DNA of 37,487 nt from positions 1-37,487 of IMG/VR virus record IMGVR_UViG_3300010005_000039; one strand, written 5' to 3'. A program made the translations under genes and the position numbers. Numbering within the stretch: the first letter of the stretch is position 1; each line of letters begins with the position of its first letter. Below, piece after piece: positions 35,364 through 37,487 of the stretch. The notes beneath the pieces are model-generated. The model was not told the DNA's origin and ran no database searches. It worked only from the letters and a program-made list of their open reading frames with translations. Source of the stretch: a virus. Its lineage: Duplodnaviria; Caudoviricetes.

Positions 35364-35880
35364 CCCGCAGACCGAGCGCCTCAATGCCATCCGCCGCCGC
35401 CAGACCGAAGCCTCGACCGACTGGCAGTTTCGCGCCGGAAATGACGGGGAGCAGCTCACCGCGCGCGTCATCCCGGTCGATGACCCATATACGGTTCTGA
35501 CCTTTGCTGGCGATTGCACCTATGCCGATCGCGAGGCGGTCTGTCATGCCCATGACGACAAGGCCTTCCTGCTCGATCTGGTGGATAACGCCTTCACCGT
35601 GATCCGCCAGCTTCGCCGTGCCCTCGAGCGCCACCAGCCCAAGCCCAAGGATTATGCAGCCGAGATGGCGATGAAGGTCAAGGATCCGGCCTTCCAGCTT
35701 TACATGCAGGTCAACCACGCCGTCGACAATTCGCACGATCCGATGCGCGTGGAAAACGCCGTCAAGCGCATGCTTCGCATCACGTCGAAAAAGGAACTCG
35801 TCGAGAATTCCGACGCCGCCCACGGTTGGCGCGACCTGGTCAGAAATGCCGATGACTGGAACAGGAGCCGGAGCCGATGA
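35356..35880 (+). CDS. Hypothetical phage protein
   Basis: 174 aa from ATG 35356 after GGGGGA; the upstream part of the 398-aa track ORF overlaps other genes. Confidence 0.75.
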   Translation: MPDPQTERLNAIRRRQTEASTDWQFRAGNDGEQLTARVIPVDDPYTVLTFAGDCTYADREAVCHAHDDKAFLLDLVDNAFTVIRQLRRALERHQPKPKDYAAEMAMKVKDPAFQLYMQVNHAVDNSHDPMRVENAVKRMLRITSKKELVENSDAAHGWRDLVRNADDWNRSRSR

Positions 35881-36134
35881 CCGATCGCTACATCCGCATC
35901 GAAGCCATCGTCCACCAGGTCACATCAGACGCCGCGCGGCTTCTCCCCACAGGCAAGGGATCATTTCCCGCCCCGGTCTGGCTGCCGCGCTCCCTCATCC
36001 ATGGCGGCGATGATCTCAGGCTGGCCAAGGCCCTGCGCAATGACACCGTGACGCTGCGGGTGATGGAGTGGAAGGCGAAGGAACTCGGCCTCGCGCCTGT
36101 CCGCCAGCCCAGCCAGTCGGAGTTGGATCTATGA
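35877..36134 (+). CDS. Hypothetical protein
   Basis: 85 aa with VWLPRS and EWKAKELGL motifs; ATGA-coupled. Confidence 0.75.
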   Translation: MTDRYIRIEAIVHQVTSDAARLLPTGKGSFPAPVWLPRSLIHGGDDLRLAKALRNDTVTLRVMEWKAKELGLAPVRQPSQSELDL

Positions 36135-36168
36135 CCGTCTATTTCGATACCCACCATCGGACGTCACC

Positions 36169-36504
36169 ATGAACGATCTTCTGTCACCTGATCAGGCTGC
36201 AGCCAAGCTCGACATATCGACAAAGACCTTGCGCGAGCACGTGCGGGCGGGCGAGATTGCGTTCATCCCGACCGGCCGCGGGGAAAAGCGCATGAGGATG
36301 AAGTTCGACGAGCGCGACATCCTTGAATTCATCGAGCGCCGCAGGAAGCGTCTATGTCCGTCTATAAGCCAGCCAAAAGCCCACACTACCACTACGACTT
36401 CGTCGTCAAAGGTCATCGGTTTCACGGCTCGACTGGAACAGCTTCGAAACGAGAAGCTCTCAAATTCGAAGAAGACGTCCGCCGGCAAGCCAAGGCTGAC
36501 CTAG
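36169..36504 (+). CDS. xis: Excisionase-like HTH protein
   Basis: LLSPDQAAAKLDISTKTLREHVRAGEI MerR/Xis-type HTH immediately before int. Confidence 0.85.
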   Translation: MNDLLSPDQAAAKLDISTKTLREHVRAGEIAFIPTGRGEKRMRMKFDERDILEFIERRRKRLCPSISQPKAHTTTTTSSSKVIGFTARLEQLRNEKLSNSKKTSAGKPRLT

Positions 36505-37487
36505 CGAAGATCGCCGAAACCGGGCAAGGGCCGCTGACGATCAACATCGCGGCCGATCGCTACTGGCTCGAGGTCGGACAGCATCTCGTCAACAAGGACG
36601 ACACCGCCCGCGCGCTCGAACGCCTCGTCACCTATTTCGGCCCCAGCAAGCGCATGGATGCCATCACCGACAGTGACGTGGCGTCGCTGGTCGCCTGGCG
36701 CCGCGCGCAGCGCAGGTTCGGCAAGACGCAGTACAAGGACGAGCGCGAGATGCCGATGGTCTCCAACGCCACCGTCAACCGCGACACGACAGCCATCCTC
36801 AAACGTCTGTTCATGCGCGCCCGCCGGACATGGAAGATCCACCTGGTAAACGAACCCAGCTGGCGCGACCACTGGCTGAAGGAGTCCGAGGAGCGCGTGC
36901 GCGAGCTGCACGAGCACGAGGGCGAAGCGCTCGACAACGCCGTGCGCGACGACTATGCGCCGTGGCTCGAATTTGCCCGCCTCACTGGCCTGCGCCTGGC
37001 CGAAACTCTCATTCGCTGGAAAGACGTCAACTGGTTCGCCAAGACGATATCCACCAGAGGAAAAGGCGACCAGCTCGTCACGACGCCGATCACGTCGGAA
37101 GTGTTTGACCTGCTGCAGCCGCTTGTCGGCCAGCATCCGGAATGGGTGTTCACCTATGTCGCAAAGCGCACCAACAAGGATGCCGGCCGGGTGCGAGGCC
37201 AGCGCTACCCGATCACGTATGAGGGCGGCAAGACGGAATGGCAGCGGCTGCGCGACAGGTCGAAGGTCGAGAACTTCCGTTTCCACGACATCCGCCACGA
37301 CGTCGGCACCAAGACGTTGCGCGAAACCGGCAACATCAAGATCGTCCAGCGCGTCCTCAATCACAAGAGCCTGAAGACGACGGCGCGCTATGCGCACGTC
37401 CTCGATTCCGAAGTCGCCGCCGCGCTCGACGCCGTCGCCAAATCCCGGAAGAATTCCCGAACCACTCGAAAGAACGAGGCTAAGTAA
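36354..37487 (+). CDS. int: Tyrosine recombinase / phage integrase
   Basis: N-terminal arm-binding YHYDF..KG.R..GSTGT; catalytic TGLR, GKG, FHDIRH, LNH and TARY. Confidence 0.96.
   Translation: MSVYKPAKSPHYHYDFVVKGHRFHGSTGTASKREALKFEEDVRRQAKADLAKIAETGQGPLTINIAADRYWLEVGQHLVNKDDTARALERLVTYFGPSKRMDAITDSDVASLVAWRRAQRRFGKTQYKDEREMPMVSNATVNRDTTAILKRLFMRARRTWKIHLVNEPSWRDHWLKESEERVRELHEHEGEALDNAVRDDYAPWLEFARLTGLRLAETLIRWKDVNWFAKTISTRGKGDQLVTTPITSEVFDLLQPLVGQHPEWVFTYVAKRTNKDAGRVRGQRYPITYEGGKTEWQRLRDRSKVENFRFHDIRHDVGTKTLRETGNIKIVQRVLNHKSLKTTARYAHVLDSEVAAALDAVAKSRKNSRTTRKNEAK

Overview
This window is most of a temperate phage or prophage of a high-GC alphaproteobacterium, probably Rhizobiales (inferred from the GcrA homologue, the alpha-type initiator tRNA and the gene content). 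It runs from the start of the tape-measure gene at the left edge to the integrase stop at the right edge. Minus strand 1-19.6 kb carries morphogenesis genes: a P2-like contractile tail and baseplate joined to a lambda-like head and packaging module (GpA terminase, lambda portal, ClpP protease, decoration protein, major capsid E), plus a probable cos region. At 19.6-21 kb is a late-control region with no lambda Q gene. It has a NusG paralogue followed by a structured leader containing an ops-like pause element, an initiator-type tRNA-Met and two intrinsic terminators. Minus strand 21-30 kb is the Cro-side early operon: replication initiator with internal iterons, a repeat-expanded C5 methyltransferase, a PD-(D/E)XK-like protein, an amino-methyltransferase fused to an FtsK-gamma domain, a Tat-motif protein, a GcrA homologue, a CII-like protein and a hairpin cluster with a CCUCCUCCC loop. 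At 30 kb is a CI/Cro switch with five readable 14-bp operators. Plus strand 30.8-37.5 kb holds small early genes, DUF5131, DUF4326, excisionase and a tyrosine integrase. No lysis genes, CRISPR array, IS or reverse transcriptase were recognised. All family assignments come from motif recognition by eye; no database searches were run.
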